Source: Octopus vulgaris (Eukaryota). From it: a stretch of DNA of 64,000 nt. Numbering within the stretch: the stretch's first letter is position 1; each line of letters starts with the position of its first letter. The DNA lies in NCBI GenBank assembly GCA_951406725.2, contig OX597834.1:37572001-37636000 (forward strand), given 5' to 3'. Under the pieces are notes generated by a model. The model worked only from the letters and a program-made list of their open reading frames with translations. It had not been told where the DNA came from and searched no databases. Shown in pieces: positions 52,993 through 64,000 of this stretch. The position numbers were made by a program, and so were the translations under genes.

Positions 52993-54280
52993 TATAGACG
53001 TCTGTAGACGCAAAGCAGATCCTTTAACTCTACAAACACTATGCTCCATATGACTTACTATGGAGTATTATCACCGAAGCTTTACCGTGATATGGTAACC
53101 GCAAGCTTGTAATTCTTGTATGACTGAAAATATTCATATCTTATTCGCTCGTGAAATCGCGATTTGTACAAGAGAAAGTAGTGTTGCAACTCGTGCATTC
53201 ATGAGGCCGTACAATGGAAAATGACTATCAGTAACTAAGACAGGACGAGGAAATGCAGGAGTAGGAAAATATATATAGTGAAGACAATAAGTATGCAAGA
53301 ACGGTGATAACTAAAGTGTTTAAAAGGTTAGATTAAGTCCCTTGGAATAGAGAAGGAAAAGAAGTGAGAATATGCATGTATATACTCTACACTCACACAT
53401 AAACACATGTGCAATACTATACGTGAGCACATACGCATACACACACATATATATATATACTCACATATACGTACCATACTCACATACATACACGTATATG
53501 CACATGCTCACACAGTAGTGTATATATATACAAGCACCTATATCGAAGTATAGATAACTAATGTGTCCATGTATGCATAGCTTTAAGACGGTACTGGTGT
53601 AGGAAAGGGAGGTTGGGACATAAAGGAAAAAAAGTTTCGTGATAAAATACTGGATGAAAGAAATGTTATCAGGCTAATGTTATGGTGATAGAAATTTCCA
53701 GTTTAATAGGATAAACTTATCAGCGTGGGAACAGTTTCTAAAAACCACGTTTCTACATTTTAGACAATTCGCCGAATTCCCTAATTGAATAACCTATGTA
53801 TTCGTTCCGTTGTAGAAAGCCCTAATTTTTGATCTGTTGCTATACGGTTGTTATCTTTACACGACCCTGTGTCTGTGATATAATCAATAGCCTGAAACCA
53901 AACATGCTTAGCGTCTATGTTAGAGTACCTCTTTCCGACCGGTCTGAAAACATTTTGAATTTACCTTCAAATCGAAAGTAATTTTGCTTCATCAGTGTTT
54001 GCATTGGTTTGTTTTAAACGAAAAGCAGAATCGATTTTACGCTGCACGCTTCACCTAAAAGACAAGTGTTCACATTTTCTGATCGCGCAGCATGGATTGT
54101 CGTGATTAATAAGCTTCCATGTGAAGAGCGCCTTTACGCTGGCACCAGAACTGTGTCTGATTTTCATGGAACGTCTACTGAAAATTTCCATATATGTCTA
54201 CATAGTTAGAAAGTACATATTAATGCCAGATATTCCGGTACTTTTGGCATATATTTATACCTCAATCTTACATACACAAA

Positions 54281-54336
<56 letters not shown>

Positions 54337-54525
54337 AGTGTGTGTTTATATACACACACACATATCATATATATATATATATGTACATACTTATATATAC
54401 ACTAATATTTATACATATATACGCACATATATAGCAATATATTCATACATCTATACATAGGCATATATATATATATTCATACATGTATATACACACATAT
54501 ACATATCTATGTATATACACACAGA

Positions 54526-54601
<76 letters not shown>

Positions 54602-54974
54602 ACACACATACACACAAACATTCAAAGGGATGTCATATTTGTGTGGAGGAGAAAACACGTCTCAGACAATCATAGAAAAATGTAAATAACATCAAGATGA
54701 TGATGATCATTATATATATATATACACACATACATACATACACACAGATTAATAAAGCCATGCAGGACATTATTATACACAAATACATTTATACACGCAC
54801 ATACACATTGTAGGCTTATTTAAAGAGGTGCCATGGACAATTTACCAATTTTCAGTTCATTGATTCATGAGATAATCTTTTACTTCAGGTTTGGTTTATT
54901 TGATTTCTGCAGACTGATGGTACATCCGTAACAATAATGATATTATTTCCTATTGATATACCCATTGATATATG

Positions 54975-55056
<82 letters not shown>

Positions 55057-55110
55057 TGTATGTATGTATGTATGTATGTATGTATGTATGTATGTATGTA
55101 TGTATGTATG

Positions 55111-55158
<48 letters not shown>

Positions 55159-55241
55159 GAGAGAAAGAGAGAGGGAGATGTACGTATGTTATACATACAT
55201 CCATAAATGAACAGAATGACATACACAGACAGAAGTAACTA

Positions 55242-55298
<57 letters not shown>

Positions 55299-55330
55299 TG
55301 CATACATACATGCATATATATATATATACA

Positions 55331-55368
<38 letters not shown>

Positions 55369-55943
55369 TAGATAGAGAGAGAGAGAGAGAGAGGGAGAAA
55401 GAGACAGAGGTGTATGTGTATACATACAGGTGTACAGACATCTATATGTACACACACATATTAATGTCTGTCTTTATATTCAGTTAAAACATAAACAGTT
55501 TTACATTAATCTGGTAGTTTACGCAATACGTTTGTAGAATATAAATTTATTCTTAAACAAAAATACTATTCACAGCGACTTCGAAGTTTCGTCTAGATAA
55601 ACCATCCTCGGATTGCGATGCATTAAAGTTAATCTTGGCTTTACATAGTCTCTGTTGATTTTAAATCTTTCCTGGATGGAGTGATAATTAGGTTGCAGTC
55701 TGGGTTGTGATGGAGAGGTGTATTGGAGAAATTTTTATCTATATAATTTTGCTCGAGTCAATATTATGCTTTCTGGGTGTCTCCTGTTGGTACAGCAGAT
55801 CTTCAGATATGTTGTGACTGGAAACTCAGAGTAGCAAGGAGATGACACAATCAAAATAAAATGTCATCAATCTCTCCTTGGTACCGAGTACTCTGTTTTC
55901 GATGGTTGATACTAAACGGATATATATATGTATGTATGCTAAA

Positions 55944-56280
55944 CGGCACTGCATAGGAGCAAGGATCCCATCGTTTCCGTCTAGAACAAGAACCCAGTAC
56001 TGTAACAGCTAGGGTTTCAAGAGTCAACAGCTCTTCAGCATTCTGCAAAACCATCTCGGAGACTTGCGAGGTGTGGATGTGGAGGTCTTCAAAGAGAGAC
56101 TGGACAAATTCTAATCTGAGATGTCAGATGACCCCAACATCGCGACGATAGGCACGAAGAAGAACAGACTCGTGCAACTCGCGACTTCATCAGAAGAAAC
56201 AATACAGAAAAGAAACCCGATTGCACTGGAAGGCGGTGTTCCAGCATGATCTCAACCTCAGGCTGAAACCTGTAGAAGGT
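55944..56280 (+). mobile_element. CR1/L2-group LINE 3' end with 3' UTR
   Basis: RTRTQYCNS*GFKSQQLFSILQNHLGDLRGVDVEVFKERLDKF*SEMSDDP (FK..LD.FL motif), followed by ggcggtgttccagcatg...ctgaaac. Confidence 0.8.
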
Positions 56281-56281
56281 A

Positions 56282-56326
<45 letters not shown>

Positions 56327-56544
56327 TTGAAGTAGATAAATGAATTATCTTATTACGGATAATTCAAATGATAACCGATACCTGGGTAGCAAAAATCACA
56401 ACAGAAAAGGCACGGTTGAGGTTACGACCATGGGGCCTAAAATCCGTGCCTTAGTACAGGGACTTTGCAGCCTTTGAAACATATGTAGAAAATAATAAAA
56501 AGGAATTTTGTTAAATCTTCGTTCAGCTCCATTTCTTCCTACAC

Positions 56545-56582
<38 letters not shown>

Positions 56583-56655
56583 TATAGTTAATCTAAACAT
56601 GAAAACACAACGCGAGGACGGGGAACAAGTATAGTGTTATTGACGCTCATATATA

Positions 56656-56691
<36 letters not shown>

Positions 56692-56693
56692 TG

Positions 56694-57029
56694 CTATATT
56701 TGATGGCCTATAAGATACATTTTTTAAACCCCCAAATGGCTTTAAAAATCCCCCTGTGTCCAATGCACACAATGTAGGCTCAAAAACTCACTCAAAACGG
56801 TATGTTTACAAAACGTGTGCTGCCATCTATTGGTGAACAATCGCCAACGGTATGTTTATACTGAATGTGGATGTAATTAATTGCTTTTAATTACCGGTAA
56901 TAACATAAAGTCATACAGGTAAGTGGAGCAATTAAAACATTATTTTAGTGGTAATTTATTTTACAAAAGTATAGCCTAGGCTAGGGTGTGTCCTATGCAC
57001 TTGTGCGTCTTATAGGCCATTAAATACGT
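56694..57029. mobile_element. pogo/Tigger-like MITE
   Basis: TIRs ctatatttgatggcctataaga / tcttataggccattaaatacg, with TA at the right end. Confidence 0.7.
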
Positions 57030-57056
57030 TATGTACAGATACATACACAAACATTT

Positions 57057-57385
57057 GGCACTCTGTCGATTACGACGACAAGCGATTCCCGTTGATCCAT
57101 CAACGGAACAGCCTGCACGTGGAACCAACGTGCAATTGGCTGTGCAAGAGGCTGAGCACTCTACAGACACTCGCACCCTTAACGAAGTTCTCAGGGGGGA
57201 TTCAGCGTGACACAGAATGTGAGAAGGTTGACCCTTTGAAATAAAGTTACTACTTATTTTTACCAGTTGAGTGAACTGGGGCAACGTGAAATAAAATGTC
57301 TTGCCCAAGGACACCACGCGTCGCCGAGAATTGAACTCACTACCTTACGATCGAGAGCCGACTACCCTAACCACTAAGCCACCTT
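57057..57385 (-). mobile_element. SINE family E
   Basis: Minus tggcttagtggttaggg...gagttcaattctc...gtccttgggcaagacatttta. Confidence 0.82.
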
Positions 57386-57757
57386 CCTTCATACACATAC
57401 ATATACATAGATACAAATGGGAGTCAACACCAAAATGTAAGGAATTACAAACGAGTACTAAATACTAAACTATGCTTTCCTAATCTAATGGAAAATAAAG
57501 CTCAGAAGTTGTTACTCCGAGTTTTCTGTTACTTGTAACGGGAATTAGTTGCTTCTTGCACTTTTAGGGTGCAACTGGTGCATTCACAATTTCCGTTGCT
57601 TAAATTTCCAGATTCTACCAGTCAAAGAACACAAACGCGACAGTAAAAATATATACTCTTTATTGTTCTTATAACAGTAAGAAATAAGGTGGTATATTTG
57701 GTTCCACTTGGTATGGATGTGGCAAGGCTGAAACTTTAACGCTTGTAAGAATCTTAC

Positions 57758-58045
57758 AAGTTCAACAGCAAACTGAGCTGGTCAAATATGGCGTCCTTAG
57801 GGAGCGAAGAAAATACGTCCTTTCTCTTCGATAGCTGTGCCTCAAGTCATTCTGCTACCTGCTGCTATGCGTCTCCCTGTACCCTTTTTAGGGGAACGCC
57901 ACATCATCATTCCCTTCTTCCGGTCTTCGCGCATGAGCGAGAGGACACTTCCCTTCCGCCTCCCCAGAAAGCTCCAAACCCCGCACACGCGAACTGAAGT
58001 GGCGTTGCGTGCGCGCGCGCTGTTGGATAGCGTCACTACATACTC
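57758..58045. promoter_or_regulatory. CpG-rich candidate promoter and non-coding first exon
   Basis: Local GC/CpG enrichment with aaatATGGCG (YY1-like), cttccgg (ETS), cgcgcatgagcg and gcgtgcgcgc (NRF1-like). Minus donor ctt|gtaaga at 57758. Confidence 0.55.
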
Positions 58046-59014
58046 TTTTTGGTGTGATTTACAATAAAAGACATGATATTCGATGTATAATTAAAATACA
58101 TCTGCTGCTTGGTAATTTTGGAATAAAGGAGGCTTATTGGTTGACAATATAACAGCTGTTTGAAAAATTCAAAGAGAAGACTTTGACACGAAGAGTAGAA
58201 AAGATAAAATTATACTCTAATAGTATGTGTGTATTGGAAAAGTAATCTCTTATCGCATAATCTAGCCTATTGTTTAAACGCACGAATGCACATCGCCAGA
58301 GACTTCTTAAATTTAATCTCTTTTTATTTTCCGATGCTTTACAGATATTATAATATTACTAGTAGAAATTCGATGAGAGCAAGCTATTCTTGTAAAAATT
58401 CTGCAAGCTCAGTTAACCATTTCAATTAGAAAAAATAAAATAACTCCAACAACAACATCGTTTCTATTCCCACATGTGCATCTATTGACAGAAATAAATG
58501 TGTTCATAAATGTAATTGTCTTTCGAAAGTTCCAATGTTTTGCGCCAAAGTTCAATGAGTCACCAACATTGTACCGTCAACTTACAATGGATTGACTGAG
58601 AATTGTTTTAAAGGTCGCTTTTATCAACTTATATATTCAGGACACATAATAAAAGATTATCAACGGACCTTTCCAAGCACAATGGTTGTTAAAAGGGACA
58701 CTTGCACGAATATTTGAATAGTCAATTCTTGGCCACGGTATATGTTCATGTCAGTTTCTTTCAAATTCAAGCATTAAACACTGCTTAAACGAAAAATTAT
58801 TCGCCTTATTTCAGATTGCCATTTGCATGAAAACGTAAGTGTAAGGTGGATGTTGGCACACTTCGTGTAGTACACGAAAGGATTATAGTTAAGAAAAATT
58901 GCAGCTTCAGTGATGAAAGTGACAAGTTTTAAAATCACACTTTCCCGTAAAAATCAGGGGAGATCATTCAGAAATTTTTATTAACCAAAATTTATTATCA
59001 AATATAAGTGTAGT

Positions 59015-59560
<546 letters not shown>

Positions 59561-60872
59561 ATAGAATGCAATGGGGTGGGGGTGAATTTCATCTTTAGAA
59601 GTCTGGATGTTACTCTGGATTGTTTCGGCATAACTTCGACATCATCAGTTCTCTATCCAGTCATTCGTCGTCTGGTACACACAATAACAAAGAGAGCCGT
59701 TCAACTTTCTCTTGTATATCACGTTAGCTGTGTGATATCGTTTCCGTAATTTTGACAGCTAGATACATTTTCTTTCAACAACCAGTTTATGATGGAGGTT
59801 GTTAGTAGCATTAGAGCTAATGAGGTTGTCAGCGGCTGAACTAACCTATCACTTCTTATTTATAGGGACCTCCTTTTATACGACCTATGATGCAGCTTGA
59901 GGATCCATCCTACCTCATACTTTCGTTACTTGTGTGTGTGTGGTGAGGTTGTGAGTCCACTTCGACTAATCTTTTTGATACTATCCAGCTTAAGACTGCC
60001 TTTGGTCCTAAGATACAAAGAGATTTAGATTAAAACCTCCCAACAAAATTCCCTGATAATTTACACTGAAGATACTAACTTAATAACATAAATTTCTTTT
60101 AATAAATTTCTCATGATTTTCAAAATTAACCGAAACAAAGAAGAGTATATTTTAATAGAAATATTGTAACAAAAAAGTTAAACAACTCAAAGTGTCATGT
60201 ACGAGTGTCTTCTTATGTTTCTTTACAAACAATAGTTTTAACAAACGTGTATTTTGGTAAACATTTAGTTTACATGTAGTTTGAGTCGTTACATTTAATA
60301 AAAAATCATACGCACACTCATGGACGCAAATACACTTACACAGAAACAAACATACATGTAGCACATTTAATATCTATTGCATGTATACATCCATGCACAA
60401 ACACACGGGAATTTAATATATGAAACATTGCATTCCGCTGAGGTAACAATAAGGCTAGTGTTGTTATTTTTCTCTCAAAGTCGACACCAATTACACAACA
60501 GCAGCGCCACATGTAGCAGAACTTGCTACACTCATTACAGAATCACAGAAAAAGTTTAGTGTAAAGTGTTTACTGTTGGAAATGCCATTATTAGCATCGT
60601 GAAACGTTATCTTTAATAGGAATCCGTCACTGATAAAAAATGCATGAGGAAACGCAGCGGAGAGAGCTGAGGGAGGCAACAGTCATAATTAGGTTTGCTG
60701 CGTTTGGTGTGCGTAACAAAGGTTAGCGGGAAACCCAAGGGATTTGAAATAGTGAAAGGAGGAGCAGGTGAAGGAAGAGGAAGGGGAGGAGGAGCGGTTT
60801 GTTGCTTTCATACATATTTTAAGGCTTCGGTGTAATGTTGTGCGTATACACACAAACACATGCACATACACA

Positions 60873-60910
<38 letters not shown>

Positions 60911-61219
60911 CACACACACACAAACACATGTATGTTTACATACATACATACATACATTTACTTATATATATATATATACAGAGACACATACAAACATATA
61001 CACTCATTCCGTCTCTTTGTCTTTCCCCACTCTCTCTCTCTCTATTATATATATATATTGATGTTGCATATTCCATTATTCATATGCAGCATGTTCTTAC
61101 AAGTAACTTTATATACATTTTTATATATGATCACTGTGAAACGTGTGTTTATTCGTGCGCTTGTATTTATTTAAATTGATGGGGAAACAAACACCCACAC
61201 ATGTATGTATGCGCTTTAT

Positions 61220-61253
<34 letters not shown>

Positions 61254-61616
61254 TCATATATACATGTATGTACGTATGTATGTTTACCAAAATACACGTT
61301 TAGTTGTATAGTGTACGCAATGATGTGTGTAGTAGAATTTTGTTGGTTCGTAGGTGATGAGTCAGTTTATAGTTTCACTAGAGTCTCGCACTTTGCGCGA
61401 TCACAGTGGTGACAAAAAGATCCAACCATGACGAGAAACACTGAATAATGACAATAAATATATATAAAAAAAAAGCGGCTAAGCGAGAATACGTAAATAG
61501 TTATCGAAACATCTATATATATGGATGTATTTGCTATATATATGTACGTGTGTGTTTACTATATGCAGTATATAGCTATATGTATGCGTGTGTTTATTTA
61601 CGAGCATATATTGATA

Positions 61617-61668
61617 CTAGCAGTATCGCCCGGCTTTGCTCGGGTTTGTTTCGACCCTTTAGAATTGG
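61617..61668 (-). mobile_element. Helitron-type 3' terminus
   Basis: Minus: cccgagc-aaa-gccggg hairpin, short spacer, then CTAG|T. Confidence 0.65.
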
Positions 61669-61689
61669 CACTAACATCTTTACCGCCGC

Positions 61690-62135
61690 CGCCGCCGCTG
61701 CAGACGAGATACCTATTTCTATTTCTTTACTACCCACAAGGGGCTAAACATAGAGAGGACAAACAAGGACAGACAAACGGATTAAGTCGATTATATCGAC
61801 CCCAGTGTTTAACTGGTACTTATTTAATCGACCCTGAAAGGATGAAAGGCAAATTCGACCTCAGCGGAATTTGAACTCAGAACGTAGCGGCGGACGAAAT
61901 AACTATTTCTTTATTACCCACAAGGGGTTAAACATAGAGAGGACAAACAAGGACAGACAAACAGATTAAGTCGATTATATCGACCCCAGTGCGTAACTGG
62001 TACTTAATTTATCGACCCCGAAAGGATGAAAGGCAAAGTCGACCTCGGCGGAATTTGAACTCGGAACGTAGCGGCAGACGAAATACCGCTCAGTATTTCG
62101 CCCGGCGTGCTAACGATTCTGCCAGCTCGCCGCCT
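61690..62135 (-). mobile_element. SINE family B tandem multimer
   Basis: Head at 62135, two complete bodies and the start of a third. Confidence 0.9.
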
Positions 62136-62822
62136 TAATTATTAGCACGCCGGCATGCTAATGATTCCGTCAGCTCAGCGCCTTTATATCATCCCAGAAA
62201 TCAGAATAAAGACGAAATGATCACGATTGGAACCATTTTGATGGCAGGTGAGCCAGACCAGAACCGATCTGGGTGAATCGAGTTCAGTCGTAGTCATATC
62301 GACACCTGCAAGAAGAACGAAGAGAACACCAAGAACAAGAAGACGATGGCAACGTCAGCAAGACCATCGACGCTTAAAGCAAGTTTAACTATGCCATCGA
62401 CGACAGCGTTTACCACCACGACGACGGCGACGACCATAACAACAACAGCGATACATCAATGTCGTCCTAGAGTAGTTTACATTTTTTTTAATGTGTGAGA
62501 GAGAGATCGATCGTTATTTATTTTAACGAGATAATTATCAAGATTGATTGATAGATAGGCAAATAGATTGTGTGTACGTGTAATATATAAATACACATAT
62601 GAATGTATTATATATATATACACACATATGTAATTTAAATGGTCTTACCATAGAATTGCAAATAAACTCTAGGAATAATTGACTTAGTAAAACAATTCTG
62701 GAGAATATATATATGTCGACTGTTCTCTAACCTAGTCAGCACTTACTCTTTCAACTTCTATTTATTATATCTTAAGTCTCACACACACGCCTACATATAC
62801 ACTGATGAACGCACGCGCTGTA

Positions 62823-62889
<67 letters not shown>

Positions 62890-62996
62890 ATGGTATTATT
62901 AAAATACCATCACGAGTGGCCAGCGAATTATCAGCCGTACAGTCAAATTAATAAAATATATACATACAATAATAGATATGTATGTATTTACATATA

Positions 62997-63304
62997 CACA
63001 AGGGCACTACATGAGTACCTACATCGCTAAATTAGAAGTCAAAAATACTTCTGTTCCACCGGTACCAAGTTGACCGGCATTTACTTGTTCTGACCCAGTA
63101 AAGGTAAGACGTTGATTGATTGATTGATTCTAGTTTCAGCTCATGAGCTGTGGCCATGCTGGGGCACCGCCATTTGTTCATTTATTATTGTTCACTGATA
63201 TTTTTTTCCTATCATGTCTGTAATAGATTTGTGACTATTCGGTGGTACAGAGGTATTTTTGACTTCTAATTTAGCGATGTGAATGCTCATGTAGTGCCCT
63301 TGTG
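62997..63304. mobile_element. TA-flanked MITE with ~65-bp TIRs, carrying an inserted LINE tail
   Basis: cacaagggcactacatgag..acatcgctaaattagaagtcaaaaatac pairs with gtatttttgacttctaatttagcgatgt..ctcatgtagtgcccttgtg. Confidence 0.85.
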
Positions 63305-63610
63305 TATATATGTACAGGACGTATAAATAAGGGGCAGTTAGTCTGATCGCCCCGTGTGTATACGTTTAACTCTAGGTGTTCCTGCTGAAGACGATTGCAC
63401 CCGACGGGTTCATTTACTCGCTAAACTAAAATCAGAAACCATTTGGTCCAGGAAACCAGATGGTAAAATGTTTGTATTTTTTATTTCGTTCCTGTTGAAT
63501 TTTATCCCTAATTTTTGTGGTTATAGAACCTATCTGTTCTTTCTAGCGTGTTGAATCCTATGACTGGATTCCTCATGTGTTTAAATATACACTGTATATA
63601 TATATATATA

Positions 63611-63895
63611 TCCATCTAAGAATCCATAAGTCAGGAAAAATTGCTCTCGTATATTTGTCAGTAAAGTGGCTATATTAATCAAAGTGTACAGTATTATATA
63701 TCCATTAAAGCCGATCTTACCGATCAGTTTCGCACAATGGCGGTCGCCATATTTCATTTCATAACTACCAACTCCGAAGAGCGCAGGGTTACACAATCGG
63801 GTAGTAAGCTAATGCTCCGTTGAATCCCGAGTGCGAAACCGATCGATAAGCTCTGCTGTAATGGATATATAATATTGTAGACTTCGATTAATATA
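63611..63895. mobile_element. Palindromic Penelope-like terminal element with decayed hammerhead
   Basis: Homologous to 15087-15470. Plus reads CCGAAGA gcgc...gtgc GAAA ccgatcgata. The other arm keeps gtgcGAAActgatcgGTAag on minus. Confidence 0.7.
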
Positions 63896-64000
63896 TATAT
63901 CGATTAGATTATCGGATGCTGTTATACATCGCTGGTCACAATGCGTTTTGCATCGTATTAGTTTTAGAATGGTGCCACCCTAGTGAGTAGGCGAGAAGGC

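Noticed and set aside
55560-55850. Possible decayed Penelope RT C-terminal peptide on minus
   Set aside because: Similarity is too weak to call by eye and needs a profile search.
57788-57997. 69-aa ORF MASLGSEEN...
   Set aside because: The ATG lies within a YY1-like motif and the frame crosses promoter-like motifs, with no donor or homology cue.
59608-59650. Hammerhead motif CTGATGA...CGAAAC on minus
   Set aside because: Stem II is mismatched and stem I cannot form. At best a dead relic.

Overview
This is AT-rich, microsatellite-saturated eukaryotic DNA. The SINE families and the repeat load most resemble a coleoid cephalopod (Octopus-like), which is an inference from repeat content. Nearly all long ORFs in the track are translated simple repeats. 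The window is mostly intronic or intergenic. It holds dozens of SINE copies from at least five families, truncated LINE 3' ends (R4/Dong-like at (TAA)n, RTE, CR1/L2-like, L1/Tx1-like), mariner- and pogo-type MITEs, a Helitron 3' end, a 77-bp higher-order satellite and a ~44-bp minisatellite. The best gene evidence is a minus-strand exon (44279-44637) with a strong acceptor, a start codon and a GTAAGT donor, possibly driven by a CpG-rich promoter at ~57.8-58.0 kb. The most notable signal is a set of unrelated palindromic, probably Penelope-derived elements carrying minimal type I hammerhead ribozyme motifs, including a ~600-bp hairpin with a full core in each arm. There is also a near-perfect 550-bp fold-back duplication, a duplicated twin-CCAAT module and a cluster of RFX X-boxes in short unique islands. 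All motifs were read by eye, and many boundaries are approximate.
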